Of a DNA stretch of 53,822 bases, positions 1 to 11,200 are shown piece after piece (position 1 is the stretch's first letter; every line of letters begins with the position of its first letter). The stretch covers positions 1 to 53,822 of the forward strand of contig JAZGFI010000198.1 in the NCBI GenBank assembly GCA_036479435.1, read 5' to 3'. The translations under genes were made by a program, and so were the position numbers. The notes beneath the pieces are model-generated. The model did not search any database, was not told the origin of the DNA, and was given only the letters and a program-made list of their open reading frames with translations. The stretch comes from Planctomycetota bacterium (GTDB lineage: Bacteria; Planctomycetota; GCA-002687715; DRQF01).

Positions 1-93
1 TCTTCCGCTTTAATCGACCGTGGAGGCGGCGAACCTAGGATTCTGCGTCCGGACTGTTAAAAGACGGCAGTTCCCAAAATCGGACGCACCGGC

Positions 94-2151
94 ATGGACC
101 CCCACGCACTTCAAGTTCTTGAATTCGACCGCATCCGCGAACTCGTCTCCGAACACTGCCGTTCGGAACTCGGTCGCGGTGTGGCGCGTGATTTGGTGCC
201 CGAGCTGCACTTTGAACGCTTGGATTTGAGTCGCTGTCAGCTCGTCGAAGCGACCGCCTTGGAAGCCGCAGGCGATGGCTTACCTTTGGATGGCCTCGCG
301 GATCTTCGCGGGCTCATCGATGGTGCACACGAGGCCAATCGAGCGCTCGAGCCGACGGAGCTGTTGGAAATCGCCAAGAGTCTTCGAATCGCCAAAAGTC
401 TGCGCGACTTTTGTGAACTCAGGCGCGAACGCGCCCCCAAGCTCGCCGAACTGGCCGAGCGCTTCTTGAATCAGCTCAAGATCGTCGATGAAATCGAGGC
501 GATCGTGGAATCGCCCGGTATTGTCGCCGACGGTGCCAGCCCCAAACTCAGGAAGGCTCGCAAAGCGCTGGAATCCGTGGAAGCGGAAGCGCGCGCCACC
601 TTGGCGGCTTTTGCTGCGAAGAGCGACGTTCGGCCCGCCTTGCAGCACTACAACGTGACTATCCGAAACGGCCGTTTTGTGTTGGCGGTCAAAGAAGCCA
701 TGCGCGGCCGGGTTCCCGGCATCTTGCACGGTCACTCCCAAACGGGCGCTACGGTGTTTATCGAACCGAGTGAGATCGTCGAGCTGGCGACGCAGGCCAA
801 AGACCTTCGCTTTGAGATCAGCCGCGAAGAGAGTCGATTGTTGTGGGAGCTCAGCCGTGTGCTGTTTGGCAAGCGAAATGACCTCGGCCACACGGCGAGC
901 TTGTTGGCCTGGTTTGACTTCACTGCCGCCCGCGCCCGATTTGGCCGTCATTACAATTTTGCCGTTCCCGAGTTGGCTGCGGACGGAGTCCTGCGCCTTT
1001 TCGATGCGCGGCACCCCCTGCTTGAAGTCGCCATGGGGCGAGAAAAAGTCGTCCCGATCGACGTCAGGTTGCGCGAGGGATTTCGCATCCTGGTCATCAC
1101 GGGGCCGAATACCGGCGGTAAGACGGTGACGCTGAAAACCATCGGACTCATCCAGTCGATGTTTCAAAGCGGCTTGCCCGTGCCGGTGGGGGATGGTTCC
1201 AGGCTTCCGGTTTTCGGGGGAATTTTTGCGGACATTGGTGACGAGCAGAGCCTTTCGCAAAGTTTGTCCACCTTCTCCGGTCATATAGCGAACATCGCCT
1301 CGATTCTTCGCGTCGCCGACAAAAAAACGCTCGTCTTGTTGGATGAGTTGGGCGCCGGAACCGATCCGGCCGAGGGAGCGGCGCTAGGGGAGGCCATTTT
1401 GGATGGCCTAAGAGATCAGCAGGCGACCTGCGTGGTGACGACTCACCTGGGATCTCTCAAGGACTACGCCTTTGCGCGGCCGGACGTCGAAAACGCCTCC
1501 GTCGAATTTGATCCGGCGACGATGCGCCCGACTTTTCGCCTGTTGATCGGTCAACCCGGAAACTCGAATGCCCTGGCGGTTGCGGAGCGTTTTGGCATCG
1601 GGGGCGGAATTATTGCGAAGGCGCAGTCGGTTCTGGACGAGGGCGAGGCACGGCACAAAGATCTCATCGATCAACTTCTTTTGAGCCGGCGCGACCTTGA
1701 ACTCCAGCGCGATCGCAGCGACAAAACCCTGGTCCGCAGCAAAAATCTGGCAAAATCTAATGAGGAAAAAGCCCGCCACCTCGACAAACGCGAGGGCCGC
1801 CTGCAACGGGAGGCGGAGGCCACGGTCGAGGATGCCCTATCGGAGCTCACCCGCCGGGTCGAGCCCCATCTTCGGGCTTTATCAAATGTTCCTAAGCCCT
1901 TATTGGCGGACTACGAGGCGGTTCAGAGTCTTTTGCGGCAGGCGCGGAAACAAACCTCTTTGGCGGGGCGCCGCCGCGAGTGGATCAAGACGCTCAAAAA
2001 AGGTGATGAGGTTTGGGTGCCCCGCTTTGAGCAGGCCTGCCGGATTCGAAAATTCAACCGGAGTGAGGAAAAGGTGACGGTTATGGTCGGGGCGCTGACG
2101 ATGGAGCTGGAATACGACGATCTTTCCTGGATGGGCGGGGAGCCGGCGTGA
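94..2151 (+). CDS. mutS2: MutS2-family ATPase lacking the C-terminal Smr domain
   Basis: N-terminus 'LQVLEFDRIRE'; Walker A 'ITGPNTGGKT'; 'DIGDEQSLSQSLSTFSGH'; 'LLDELGAGTDP'; 'TTH'; coiled coil; ends after a KOW-like 'LKKGDEVWV' segment. Confidence 0.92.
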   Translation: MDPHALQVLEFDRIRELVSEHCRSELGRGVARDLVPELHFERLDLSRCQLVEATALEAAGDGLPLDGLADLRGLIDGAHEANRALEPTELLEIAKSLRIAKSLRDFCELRRERAPKLAELAERFLNQLKIVDEIEAIVESPGIVADGASPKLRKARKALESVEAEARATLAAFAAKSDVRPALQHYNVTIRNGRFVLAVKEAMRGRVPGILHGHSQTGATVFIEPSEIVELATQAKDLRFEISREESRLLWELSRVLFGKRNDLGHTASLLAWFDFTAARARFGRHYNFAVPELAADGVLRLFDARHPLLEVAMGREKVVPIDVRLREGFRILVITGPNTGGKTVTLKTIGLIQSMFQSGLPVPVGDGSRLPVFGGIFADIGDEQSLSQSLSTFSGHIANIASILRVADKKTLVLLDELGAGTDPAEGAALGEAILDGLRDQQATCVVTTHLGSLKDYAFARPDVENASVEFDPATMRPTFRLLIGQPGNSNALAVAERFGIGGGIIAKAQSVLDEGEARHKDLIDQLLLSRRDLELQRDRSDKTLVRSKNLAKSNEEKARHLDKREGRLQREAEATVEDALSELTRRVEPHLRALSNVPKPLLADYEAVQSLLRQARKQTSLAGRRREWIKTLKKGDEVWVPRFEQACRIRKFNRSEEKVTVMVGALTMELEYDDLSWMGGEPA

Positions 2152-2304
2152 TGCCCAATAAAACTATTAAGCCCTGTAAATTCAGTATCTTAGGGTTATT
2201 TTAGTCCTGCGTTGGTGGGCCCTGTCGGCCCGCGCGAGCGCAGCCTAAGTTGGGTCGCGAGCCGGCCCCGCTTGACATGTCCACTCAATTCCTGCGCCCT
2301 GGCC

Positions 2305-2332
2305 TTGATAGCGCCTTGGGGCAACATAAGAT
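2305..2332 (+). promoter_or_regulatory. sigma70-type promoter for the tRNA-tuf cluster
   Basis: TTGATA-N16-TAAGAT ending 31 nt upstream of tRNA-Thr. Confidence 0.6.
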
Positions 2333-2363
2333 TCTGCCTCGCAACGGCGCTCGGGCTCGGTGC

Positions 2364-2435
2364 GCCAGCGTAGCTCAGTGGCAGAGCAGCGGTTTTGTAA
2401 ACCGCAGGTCGTCGGTTCGATCCCGACCGCTGGCT
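2364..2435 (+). tRNA. tRNA-Thr(TGT)
   Basis: Acceptor GCCAGCG/CGCTGGC; anticodon arm GCGGT-TT-TGT-AA-ACCGC; T-loop GGTTCGATCCC; CCA not encoded. Confidence 0.97.
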
Positions 2436-2537
2436 TAAGTGACTCTGCTCGCGAGTTTCGCGGCTATAGTTGAACCGATCCGAATGCTCGTAAGCCTTTA
2501 CTTGAACCTTCGGGGGCAAGTGCGGGATGCGTGACGC

Positions 2538-2619
2538 GGAGAGATACCGAAGCGGTCAAACGGGGCGGACTGTAAATCCGTTGGCTTAGCCTACGTAGGT
2601 TCGAATCCTACTCTCTCCA
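2538..2619 (+). tRNA. tRNA-Tyr(GTA)
   Basis: Acceptor GGAGAGA/TCTCTCC; anticodon arm GCGGA-CT-GTA-AA-TCCGT; long variable arm; GGTTCGAATCC. Confidence 0.97.
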
Positions 2620-2697
2620 CTCGCCTCGATCTGGGTCTGGTACCCGTCGAGATACGAGATTCTGGTCAGCACGCGGATAGCCGCGGTGGCCGACTCG

Positions 2698-2769
<72 letters not shown>

Positions 2770-2984
2770 CTTGCCGGCTTCGCCCCCGTGAATGGGGGCT
2801 GGCGGGCCAAACAGACAAGGGCTTTCCAAAACTGGAAAGCCATCACGAGAGCCCCCTTTGGGGGCGACAAGGTTGACCTCTAAACGCGCGACGTGCGGGT
2901 TTGCGAGTCCACCCATGAAACGTCAACCGAAGCCGAGCCGCGACTTGTGAGGCTAGCTCGGTCATTTGACAACAGGAGTGAGCT

Positions 2985-4190
2985 ATGGCGAAGGAGACTT
3001 TTCAGAGGACAAAGCCTCACGTCAACATTGGCACCATCGGGCACGTTGACCACGGCAAAACAACCCTCACCGCAACGATCACTCAGGCTTTGGCCCTGAA
3101 GGGGCTCGCTGAAAAGCGCGCCTTTGATTCGATCGACAACGCTCCCGAAGAGCGCGAGCGCGGGATCACTATCGCGACCGCTCACGTTGAGTACGAAACG
3201 GAAGCGCGTCACTACGCGCACGTCGACTGCCCGGGACACGCTGATTACGTCAAGAACATGATCACGGGTGCCGCCCAGATGGACGGCACGATCCTCGTGG
3301 TTGCGTCGACGGATGGTCCGATGCCCCAGACTCGCGAGCACATCCTGCTGGCGCGTCAGGTCGGTGTCCCGAAGATCGTCGTCTTTATGAACAAGGTGGA
3401 CCAGGTTGACGACGAGGAACTCCTCGATCTCGTCGAAATGGAAATCCGCGAACTTTTGGACAAGTACGAATACCCGGGCGACGACACACCGGTTATCCGT
3501 GGTTCGGCCCTCAAGGCCATGGAAGCCATCAAGGGCGGTTGCGACGCCAGTGATCCCACTTTGGTGCCGATTTACGAGCTGATGGACGCCGTCGATAGCT
3601 TCATCCCGACTCCGGAGCGCGACATCGATCGCGACTTCCTGATGCCGGTAGAAGATGTCTTTTCGATCGAAGGTCGCGGCACCGTCGCCACCGGTCGTAT
3701 CGAGCGTGGCGTGGTCAAGATCAACGATGCCGTTGAGCTCGTCGGTATCCGTGACACTCAAGCGACGGTTTGCACCGGAGTTGAGATGTTCAAGAAGCTG
3801 CTCGACCGAGGCGAAGCTGGCGACAACGTCGGTATCCTCTTGCGCGGCTTGAAGAAAACGGACATCGAACGCGGTCAGGTCATCGCCAAGCCCGGCTCGA
3901 TCACGCCGCACACCAAGTTCGAATCTGAAGTCTACGTGCTGTCGAAGGACGAGGGGGGCCGTCACAAGCCTTTCCAGACGGGTTACCGCCCGCAGTTCTA
4001 CTTCCGTACGACGGATGTTACCGGAACCATCAGTCTGCCCGGCGACGTGCAGATGGTCATGCCTGGTGACAACACCAAGATGAATGTTGAGCTGATCACC
4101 GCGATCGCGATGGATAAGGAGCTTCGCTTCGCCATCCGCGAAGGTGGTCGGACGGTGGGTGCCGGCGTCGTCGGTACCATCGTCGAGTAA
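2985..4190 (+). CDS. tuf: Elongation factor Tu
   Basis: 'GHVDHGKTT', 'RGITI', '[15 protein letters not shown]', 'NKVD'; SD AGGAG. Confidence 0.99.
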   Translation: MAKETFQRTKPHVNIGTIGHVDHGKTTLTATITQALALKGLAEKRAFDSIDNAPEERERGITIATAHVEYETEARHYAHVDCPGHADYVKNMITGAAQMDGTILVVASTDGPMPQTREHILLARQVGVPKIVVFMNKVDQVDDEELLDLVEMEIRELLDKYEYPGDDTPVIRGSALKAMEAIKGGCDASDPTLVPIYELMDAVDSFIPTPERDIDRDFLMPVEDVFSIEGRGTVATGRIERGVVKINDAVELVGIRDTQATVCTGVEMFKKLLDRGEAGDNVGILLRGLKKTDIERGQVIAKPGSITPHTKFESEVYVLSKDEGGRHKPFQTGYRPQFYFRTTDVTGTISLPGDVQMVMPGDNTKMNVELITAIAMDKELRFAIREGGRTVGAGVVGTIVE

Positions 4191-4199
4191 TTCGATTTT

Positions 4200-4228
4200 G
4201 GGGCGCTGGCGGCCTTCGCCAGCGCCTC
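4200..4228 (+). terminator. GC-rich hairpin after tuf (possible terminator or stabilizer)
   Basis: GGGGCGCTGGCGG...TCGCCAGCGCCTC stem; downstream T-tract is weak. Confidence 0.4.
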
Positions 4229-4434
4229 GAGTTCTTCGCTTTGACGGTGTCGCGGCGTTGGCTTTGGTGGCCAGGGAGCGAACCAGCGGAGCTGGTGATC
4301 AAATCGGGCGTCGTGGATGTTTTTGGACGTCCGCGACGGCTTCGTAGCTAAACCGCCCGGTGCGGTAGGCCAAGAGACTTGTTTCGCGTTTCCCCGAATG
4401 GGCAAACGGGGACCAAAGGCAGGAAGGTCGAGCC

Positions 4435-4869
4435 TTGAGTGTTTTCAAGATGGGCGAGGGTAAACTCGCCAGACGAATTGGGTTCTATGCCCTGCTGCTG
4501 CTCGTTATTTGGGGCAGTAAGGAACTATCCATTTGGCTGCGCGGCTTCAATTGGGCCGAAAAGCAGATCCTCGGTGGCTTCAAGGTGCCCTTTTATTCGC
4601 TGCCCATGAGCTATTCGGTGGCCACGGGTATCCTGGTCGCGATTTGCGGTGGCTACCTATTGTTCCGCATCCTAAACAAAGAGAAGCCGGCGACCTTGTT
4701 GATCGACACGGAGACCGAGCTGAAGAAGGTGGCTTGGCCGAGCTGGCCCGAGGCCAAGCAGGCGACGGTCATTGTCTTGTTGTTCGTGGCCTTCGTGGCG
4801 GCCTATCTCACGGCCGTCGAATTCGCGTTGAAGAATGTCTTCGACCTGATCCTTAGCATCGGGTCTTGA
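4435..4869 (+). CDS. secE: Preprotein translocase subunit SecE (three-TM type)
   Basis: 'ELKKVAWP' SecE motif; three hydrophobic segments; directly upstream of nusG; start uncertain (TTG 4435 or ATG 4450). Confidence 0.9.
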   Translation: MSVFKMGEGKLARRIGFYALLLLVIWGSKELSIWLRGFNWAEKQILGGFKVPFYSLPMSYSVATGILVAICGGYLLFRILNKEKPATLLIDTETELKKVAWPSWPEAKQATVIVLLFVAFVAAYLTAVEFALKNVFDLILSIGS

Positions 4870-4880
4870 ACGGAGCGCCC

Positions 4881-5423
4881 ATGGCCTTTCAGTGGTTCGC
4901 GATACGCGTCCAGAGCAACAAAGAAGATCACGTTCGACGCACACTCGAACGCAAGATCGAAACGCACGGCATGGGCGAATCCATTCGCGAGGTCGTCGTT
5001 CCGGCTCGTAAATACGAAGAGATCAAGAACGGCAAAAAGCGCGTGCGGTCTGAGAAAACCTACCCCGGCTACGTTTTGATCGAGCTGGAGATGAGCGACG
5101 ACACTTGGATCTTCGTGCGGGAGACGCCGGGGGTTGGAGATTTTGTCGGAGTGAACACCGGCACGCAGACGAAGCCCTTTGCCCTGACGGAAGAAGAAGT
5201 CGGCAAGCTCTTCGGCAGTGGAGAAGAACAAGAAGCGGAGCCACAGTTGAAGATCGACTTCGACATCGGCGATCGCGTAAAGATCAAGGACGGCCCCTTC
5301 GAAGACTTCGATGGGGTTGTTGAGGAAATTTTGCCCGACAAGGGGCGCATCCGGGTCACGGTCAACATCTTCGGACGTGCCGCACCCGTGGAACTCGAAT
5401 ACTGGCAAGCGGAAAAGACTTAA
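4881..5423 (+). CDS. nusG: Transcription termination/antitermination factor NusG
   Basis: 'YPGYVLIE', 'TPGVGDFVG', KOW 'GDRVKIKDGPF', 'IFGR'; ATG 4881 follows GGAG. Confidence 0.98.
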   Translation: MAFQWFAIRVQSNKEDHVRRTLERKIETHGMGESIREVVVPARKYEEIKNGKKRVRSEKTYPGYVLIELEMSDDTWIFVRETPGVGDFVGVNTGTQTKPFALTEEEVGKLFGSGEEQEAEPQLKIDFDIGDRVKIKDGPFEDFDGVVEEILPDKGRIRVTVNIFGRAAPVELEYWQAEKT

Positions 5424-5499
5424 GCCCTCGGGATTGAGTTGTGAGCCCGAAGGGCCGCAAGGTCTTGTCGATTAAGTCAGCAGAAACGGAAGTAAAAAG

Positions 5500-5925
5500 A
5501 TGGCCAAGGAAATCAAAGCGAAGATCAAGCTGCAGTGCACCGGTGGTCAAGCGACACCCGCACCTCCGGTCGGTCCGGCGCTCGGTCAGCACGGCGTAAA
5601 CATCGGTGAGTTCGTCAAGAAATTTAACGAGGCTACCCGCGAGAACACGGGCACGACGATTCCGGTCGAGATTACCGTTTACGCCGATCGCTCCTTTACT
5701 TTCATCCTGAAGTCGCCGCCAGCGGCCGTCCTGCTGAAGAAGGCAGCCGGAGTCCTAAAGGGCTCGGGCGAGCCGAACGTCACCAAGGTGGGGACGGTCA
5801 CCACCGCCCAACTTTTGGAGATTGCCGAGATGAAAAAGGAAGGCTTGAATGCCGCGTCACCTGAGGCTGCCGTCCGCATTATCGCGGGGACGGCTCGCTC
5901 GATGGGGCTGACCGTCGTCGACTAG
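5500..5925 (+). CDS. rplK: 50S ribosomal protein L11
   Basis: '[18 protein letters not shown]', 'GTARSMG'. Confidence 0.99.
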   Translation: MAKEIKAKIKLQCTGGQATPAPPVGPALGQHGVNIGEFVKKFNEATRENTGTTIPVEITVYADRSFTFILKSPPAAVLLKKAAGVLKGSGEPNVTKVGTVTTAQLLEIAEMKKEGLNAASPEAAVRIIAGTARSMGLTVVD

Positions 5926-6077
5926 CTCGACCTTTGATGAGTCGAGATCTGCCATTTAAGATGGGGGCTCGTTCGGCCAAAAAGCAAATGACCTGAGACG
6001 CCACGCGTCTCGGAACAAGGCCTCGCGGAGTACGCGAGGCTGCAAGCGACCTCCCTTTGTGGCGGCTTGCATCAAGG

Positions 6078-6117
6078 ATCGGTGGGAGACTCGCGGGAGA
6101 ATGGTCCTACCACCGAT
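6078..6117 (+). promoter_or_regulatory. Putative L1-binding autoregulatory RNA element upstream of rplA
   Basis: ATCGGTGG-GAG-AC...GGTC-CTA-CCACCGAT: outer stem plus asymmetric GGAG-containing internal loop like known L1 operators. Confidence 0.65.
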
Positions 6118-6150
6118 TTGAAACGCAGTTCTCCCAAGGAAATGGTGCCT

Positions 6151-6828
6151 ATGCCCAAATTGAGCAAACGGTACCGTGCCGCCATCGCGATGAAAGTCGA
6201 TGGGGTCCACGAACTCTCAGCTGCGCTAACGCAGCTGGAAGGCTTCCCGAAGGCGAAGTTCGACGAGACTGTCGAATGCTGCTTTCGCTTGGGAGTGGAC
6301 GCCAAGAAATCGGACCAAATGGTCCGAGGAGCGATCTCGCTGCCGCACGGTATTGGAAAAACTCTAAGGGTGGTTGCCTTCGCCGAAGGTCCCAAAGCAG
6401 ACGAAGCCCGCGAAGCGGGTGCCGTCGAGGTCGGTGCTGCCGATCTTGCCCAGAAAATTCAGGGCGGCTGGATGGACTTCGACGTGGCGGTTGCCACCCC
6501 GGACATGATGAAGCACGTGGGGCGTCTAGGAAAAGTCCTCGGCCCCCAAGGCAAGATGCCGAGTCCCAAGGCTGGAACGGTGACGATGGATGTCGGCACC
6601 GCAGTACGTGAGTTTGTCGCCGGTAAGATCGAGTTTCGTATCGATTCTGCCGGTAACTTGCACGCGCCGGTTGGCAAGCGATCCTTTGCGAAGGAAAAGC
6701 TCGTTGACAACATCCAAGCTCTGCTGACATACATCGAGACTCTTCGCCCATCTGCGACGAAGGGTCAATTTTTGGTCAAAGCGACGGTGACGGCGACGAT
6801 GAGTCCCGGTCTCCAGTTTCGGGTTTGA
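6151..6828 (+). CDS. rplA: 50S ribosomal protein L1
   Basis: 'KFDETVE', '[15 protein letters not shown]', 'TMSPG'; start assigned to ATG 6151 (MPKLSKRY). Confidence 0.98.
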   Translation: MPKLSKRYRAAIAMKVDGVHELSAALTQLEGFPKAKFDETVECCFRLGVDAKKSDQMVRGAISLPHGIGKTLRVVAFAEGPKADEAREAGAVEVGAADLAQKIQGGWMDFDVAVATPDMMKHVGRLGKVLGPQGKMPSPKAGTVTMDVGTAVREFVAGKIEFRIDSAGNLHAPVGKRSFAKEKLVDNIQALLTYIETLRPSATKGQFLVKATVTATMSPGLQFRV

Positions 6829-6846
6829 AAGACGGAGGAATGAATC

Positions 6847-7374
6847 ATGAGTAAAGCCATGAAAACTGCCATCGTCGATCAGGTCACCCGCGAACTCAGT
6901 GGTCACGATTCGGCCGTTGTCTTCAGCGCGGGCCGCTTGACGGTCCTCGAATCTGAAGAGTTGCGGACGAAGCTGCGCGAGGCCGGCATGTCATGCCTGT
7001 TCTTGCGCAACCGGCTCGCGGCTATCGCCTTCAAGAACGCTGGTATGGACGGTCTTGAGACCGTGCTCGACGGTCCTGCGGCCGTGGCGTATGGCGGTGA
7101 AGAGGGCGCGATCGCGATTGCAAAAGTACTGATGAAGGAAGCCAAGACTCTCAAGAACCTTGAGATGCTCGGCGGCATCCTGGACGGCGAAATTCTCGAC
7201 GCAGCTGGCGTTGAGAAGATCTCAATGCTTCCCGGCAAAAAAGAACTTCAGTCCATGGTTCTCCAGGGCATGTTCGGGCCGGTCAGCGACTTCGCTGCCT
7301 CTATGGATGATCTCCTCACAGAAGTACAGGGCCTTATCGGCGCATTGGAAGACAAAGGTGGGGCCGGCGCCTAA
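6847..7374 (+). CDS. rplJ: 50S ribosomal protein L10
   Basis: Between rplA and rplL; 'LTV..SEELRTKLRE', 'RNRLA', 'LGGILDGEIL...LP'; SD GGAGG. Confidence 0.93.
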   Translation: MSKAMKTAIVDQVTRELSGHDSAVVFSAGRLTVLESEELRTKLREAGMSCLFLRNRLAAIAFKNAGMDGLETVLDGPAAVAYGGEEGAIAIAKVLMKEAKTLKNLEMLGGILDGEILDAAGVEKISMLPGKKELQSMVLQGMFGPVSDFAASMDDLLTEVQGLIGALEDKGGAGA

Positions 7375-7452
7375 GGCGCGGGTTACCCGGTTTCATCTAA
7401 AGAATCACACGTTTCGGCAAAGACCGATTCGATTTATCAGGAGACATGACAC

Positions 7453-7839
7453 ATGTCGGACTACTCAGACAAGACTCAAGGCATTCTCGACACTATTGGC
7501 GCGATGACGGTCACCGAATTGGTTGACCTCAAAGAGGCCTTCAAGGAAACCTTCAAAGTGGAAGCGGCCGCTCCCATGATGATGGCTGCCCCCAGCGGTG
7601 ACGGCGGCGGCGAAGCCGAGGCCGAGAAATCCGAATTCGACGTCATCCTCAAGGGACCTGGCGGCAACAAGATCGCGGTCATCAAGGCCGTGCGAGCCAT
7701 CACCGGTTTGGGCCTCAAAGAGGCCAAGGGCCTGGTGGACGCCGCGCCGAAGGCGGTCAAAGAGGGTGTTTCCAAAGAGGAGTCGGAAGAAGTTGCCAAG
7801 CAGCTCACCGACGCCGGAGCCGACGTCGAAGTCAAGTGA
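7453..7839 (+). CDS. rplL: 50S ribosomal protein L7/L12
   Basis: 'EFDVIL', '[20 protein letters not shown]'. Confidence 0.99.
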   Translation: MSDYSDKTQGILDTIGAMTVTELVDLKEAFKETFKVEAAAPMMMAAPSGDGGGEAEAEKSEFDVILKGPGGNKIAVIKAVRAITGLGLKEAKGLVDAAPKAVKEGVSKEESEEVAKQLTDAGADVEVK

Positions 7840-7852
7840 TCGTAATGGTTTA

Positions 7853-7897
7853 GCTCCCAATTGGGCCTTATTGGCCCCGATTGGGAGCGGCTATTTA
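7853..7897 (+). terminator. Hairpin after rplL (possible terminator or attenuator before rpoB)
   Basis: GCTCCCAATTGGG...CCGATTGGGAGC stem followed by an AT-rich tract. Confidence 0.45.
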
Positions 7898-8258
7898 GTT
7901 CTGAAGTTCGAGTCGAGTTGACCGATTTCGGAACGCATCCAACTGAATTTGCTTGACGACAAGAGAACTCTCGCAATGTCAGGTCAAGGTTCGGTATCCT
8001 CGGGGGCGACCCTGGGGAAAGGCGGTGGCTCTCGTTGAGGGCGGCCGAGTGTGCACGATCACATTGAACGCATCCTTTGAGTAGGTGGACCATCGTTAGA
8101 CGGTCATGGACACCCAAATGAAAGACCGAGTTGCGCGCCAACGCGCAAGCGGTCTTCGTCCGTATGCAGTTTCTTCCGGCGGGGAAGGATTAACGCGGAT
8201 CGCTCTTCGAAAAGTCACTCGGCGGGACGACGGTCCTGCCGCCGGCGAAGGGAAATAG

Positions 8259-11200
8259 ATGAGCAGGCCTCCTGTCCCAAGAGAACAGCGTGTTTACGGC
8301 CGTCACGTCGACGTTATCGACGTACCGGACCTGATCGCGCTTCAATTGAACGCTTACGCGGAATTTCTGCAACCGAATCGCACGCCAGGGGAACGACTCC
8401 CCAAGGGCTTAGAGGCGATTATCGGCGAAGTCTTTCCGATCCGATCTTACGACAAGACGCTCGCACTCGAGTATCTCGGTTACGAGCTCGGCCGTCCGCG
8501 CTATTCGCCGGAAGAGTGCCGTAGTCTTCGACTGACGTATTCGACGCCCTTCAAGGTTCGCTGTCGCCTCAACAAGGCGGAGCCCGTCGAAGAGGAAGTC
8601 TACCTCGGCGAGATCCCGATCATGGTCGGGGGTGGTGAGTTCATCATCAACGGGGCTGAACGCGTCATCGTCAGTCAGCTCCATCGATCGCCCGGCGTCG
8701 ACTTCAGTGTTGATGTCCAGGCCAACGAGAAAAAGCTCCACTCCTGTTGGATCATTCCCGAGCGCGGCTCGTGGATTGAGATCGCGGTGAGTAAAAAGGA
8801 CGCTTTGCACGTCAAGATCGATCAGAGCGGGAAATTCCTCGCGACGACCTTGTTGCGTGCGATGGATCCCGCCTACTCGACCGATGAAGATATCATCCGT
8901 TTGTTCCACCCGACCAAGAAAATCAAGGTCGATCGGCGGAACAACGCGAAGTTGAAAGACATGTTCGTCGTCGGCGATATCGTCGACTCGGAGTCGGGCG
9001 AGATCCTGATTTCTTGCGGCGAGCAGCTGACGGACGAATACCTGAAGATTCTTCAGGAGTCGAAACTGAAGCAGGTGGAGGTCATCGAGAAAGTCACCGA
9101 CTTCCTTATCCTCAACACGCTTCGCGAAGACACCGTCAAGAGTCACGGCGATGCACTGTTGAAGATCTATAGTCGCTTTCGCCCCGGCAACCCGCCGCAG
9201 ATCGAAAAGGCTCGCGATCTCTTCAAAGAGAAGTTCTACGATCCGGCCCGCTACCGTCTCGGCAAGGTTGGCCGCTTCCGCTTGAACCGCAAGTTCGGGC
9301 AGGAGATCGATGAAGAAATCATGACGCTTCAGGCTGAAGACTTGACGAACTCGATCAAGTACATCCTCACGCTTCGCAGTGGCGAAGGCGAACTGGATGA
9401 CATCGATCACTTAGGTAACCGGCGCGTCCGCACGATCGCAGAGCTTGCCGCCGATGAGTTCCGCAAGGGATTCCTGAAGCTTCGCAAGACCGCGCAAGAG
9501 CGCATGAACATCGAAAAGGAAAACATCACTCCCCGCAGTTTGATCAATGCCAAAACGATCAGTTCGGCGATTGACTACTTCTTCGGTCGCGGTGAGCTTT
9601 CACAGGTTGTCGACCAGACCAACCCCTTGTCGCAATTGACGCACGAGCGTCGACTTTCGGCCCTGGGGCCAGGCGGTCTAAACCGCAAGCGCGCTGGCTT
9701 CGAAGTGCGCGATGTTCACCTGTCTCACTATGGTCGCATCTGCCCGATCGAAACTCCTGAAGGTACGAACATCGGCCTTATCGCGTCGCTCGGCATTTAC
9801 GCCAAGGTCGATAACTACGGCTTTTTGATCACGCCCTACCGCGTGTGCAAAAAGAGTGTGGTCACCGACGAGGTGAAGTGGCTTCGAGCCGACGAAGAAA
9901 GCCAGGCGATCATTGTGCCGGCCGACACCAAAGTCGACGACAAGCGCAAGTTTGACGGCGCCAAAGTGATCGGCCGGGTGCGCGGTGACTTCCGCTTTGT
10001 CGACGCCAAAGAAGTTGCCTACATGGACGTCTCGCCGAAGCAGATCATTGGGGTTTCGGCCGCCTTGATCCCCTTCCTCGAGCACGATGATGCCAACCGT
10101 GCGCTCATGGGTTCGAACATGCAGCGTCAGGCCGTGCCGCTACTCATCCCGGAAGTGCCCGCGGTGGCGACCGGTATGGAGGCCGACATCGCGCAGAACT
10201 CGGGAATGGTTGTCCGCGCGCGCAACGAAGGCGTGGTCAAGCGGGTCACCGCGACCGAGATCCAAGTCGGAGACGATCTTTACTCCCTGCGGAAATTCGT
10301 GGGCCTGAACGAGCGGACTTGCCTGAATCAGCGCCCGATCGTGCGTGAAGGAGACGAAGTCGCGGCTGGCGCGGTGATCGCCGATGGTGCTTCGACCTTG
10401 GGCGGCCAGCTCGCCCTTGGACGCAACATCCTCGTCGGTTTCATGACCTGGGACGGCTACAACTTTGAGGATGCTGTTCTAGTCAGCGAGCGTTTGGTCA
10501 AAGAGGATTTCTTCACGTCAATTCACATCGATGAATTCGAGATCGAAATTCGCGAGACGAAACTCGGCCGCGAAGAATTTACCCGTGATATCCCCAACGT
10601 TCCCGAGCGCGCGCTCAAGAATTTGGACGAGGGCGGTGTGGTTCGGGTGGGTACCCGTGTCAAGCAGGGTGACATCCTGGTCGGCAAGGTTGCTCCGAAA
10701 AGCAAGAACGAGCTGTCGCCGGAGGAAAAACTCCTCCACGCGATTTTCGGTCGCGCCGGTGAGGACGTTAAGAACGATTCGCTCGAGGCCTCTTCGGGGA
10801 TCGATGGCATCATCATCGACACCCAGAAATTCTCGCGCAAGGTCAACATGACCGAAGAGGAACGGCAAAAGAACCTGGCGGAGATCAAGAAGGCGGAAAC
10901 GCGCTTCTTGAACAAATACCGCGAGACTTTGTCCGGTTTGATCGATCGCTTGGAAGAGATCTCCAAAGAAGATCTCAACGACTCCAACTCGGGCGAGAAG
11001 ATCACCGCCAGCTCGGCTGAGAACTACTACCTTTGCAAGTTGGTCCGTGAGCAAATCCTGACTGCGGTCGACAAGCAGTTCTCGGGAGCCAGGAAGCGTA
11101 AGCAGGCGATGCAGGCGGTCGATACTTACATCGAACGTATCGACGGCTTCGAAACCGAAAAGACCAAACTGGTCAACCGCTTGTCCCGAGGCGATGAGCT

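Noticed and set aside
2620..2697. tRNA-sized spacer as a degenerate tRNA-Gly
   Set aside because: No D-arm, TCC anticodon loop or TTC T-loop; folds as simple hairpins
2820..2842. TTCCAAAA resembling a tRNA-Trp/Gly anticodon loop
   Set aside because: It is part of a perfect hairpin in a different register with no cloverleaf context
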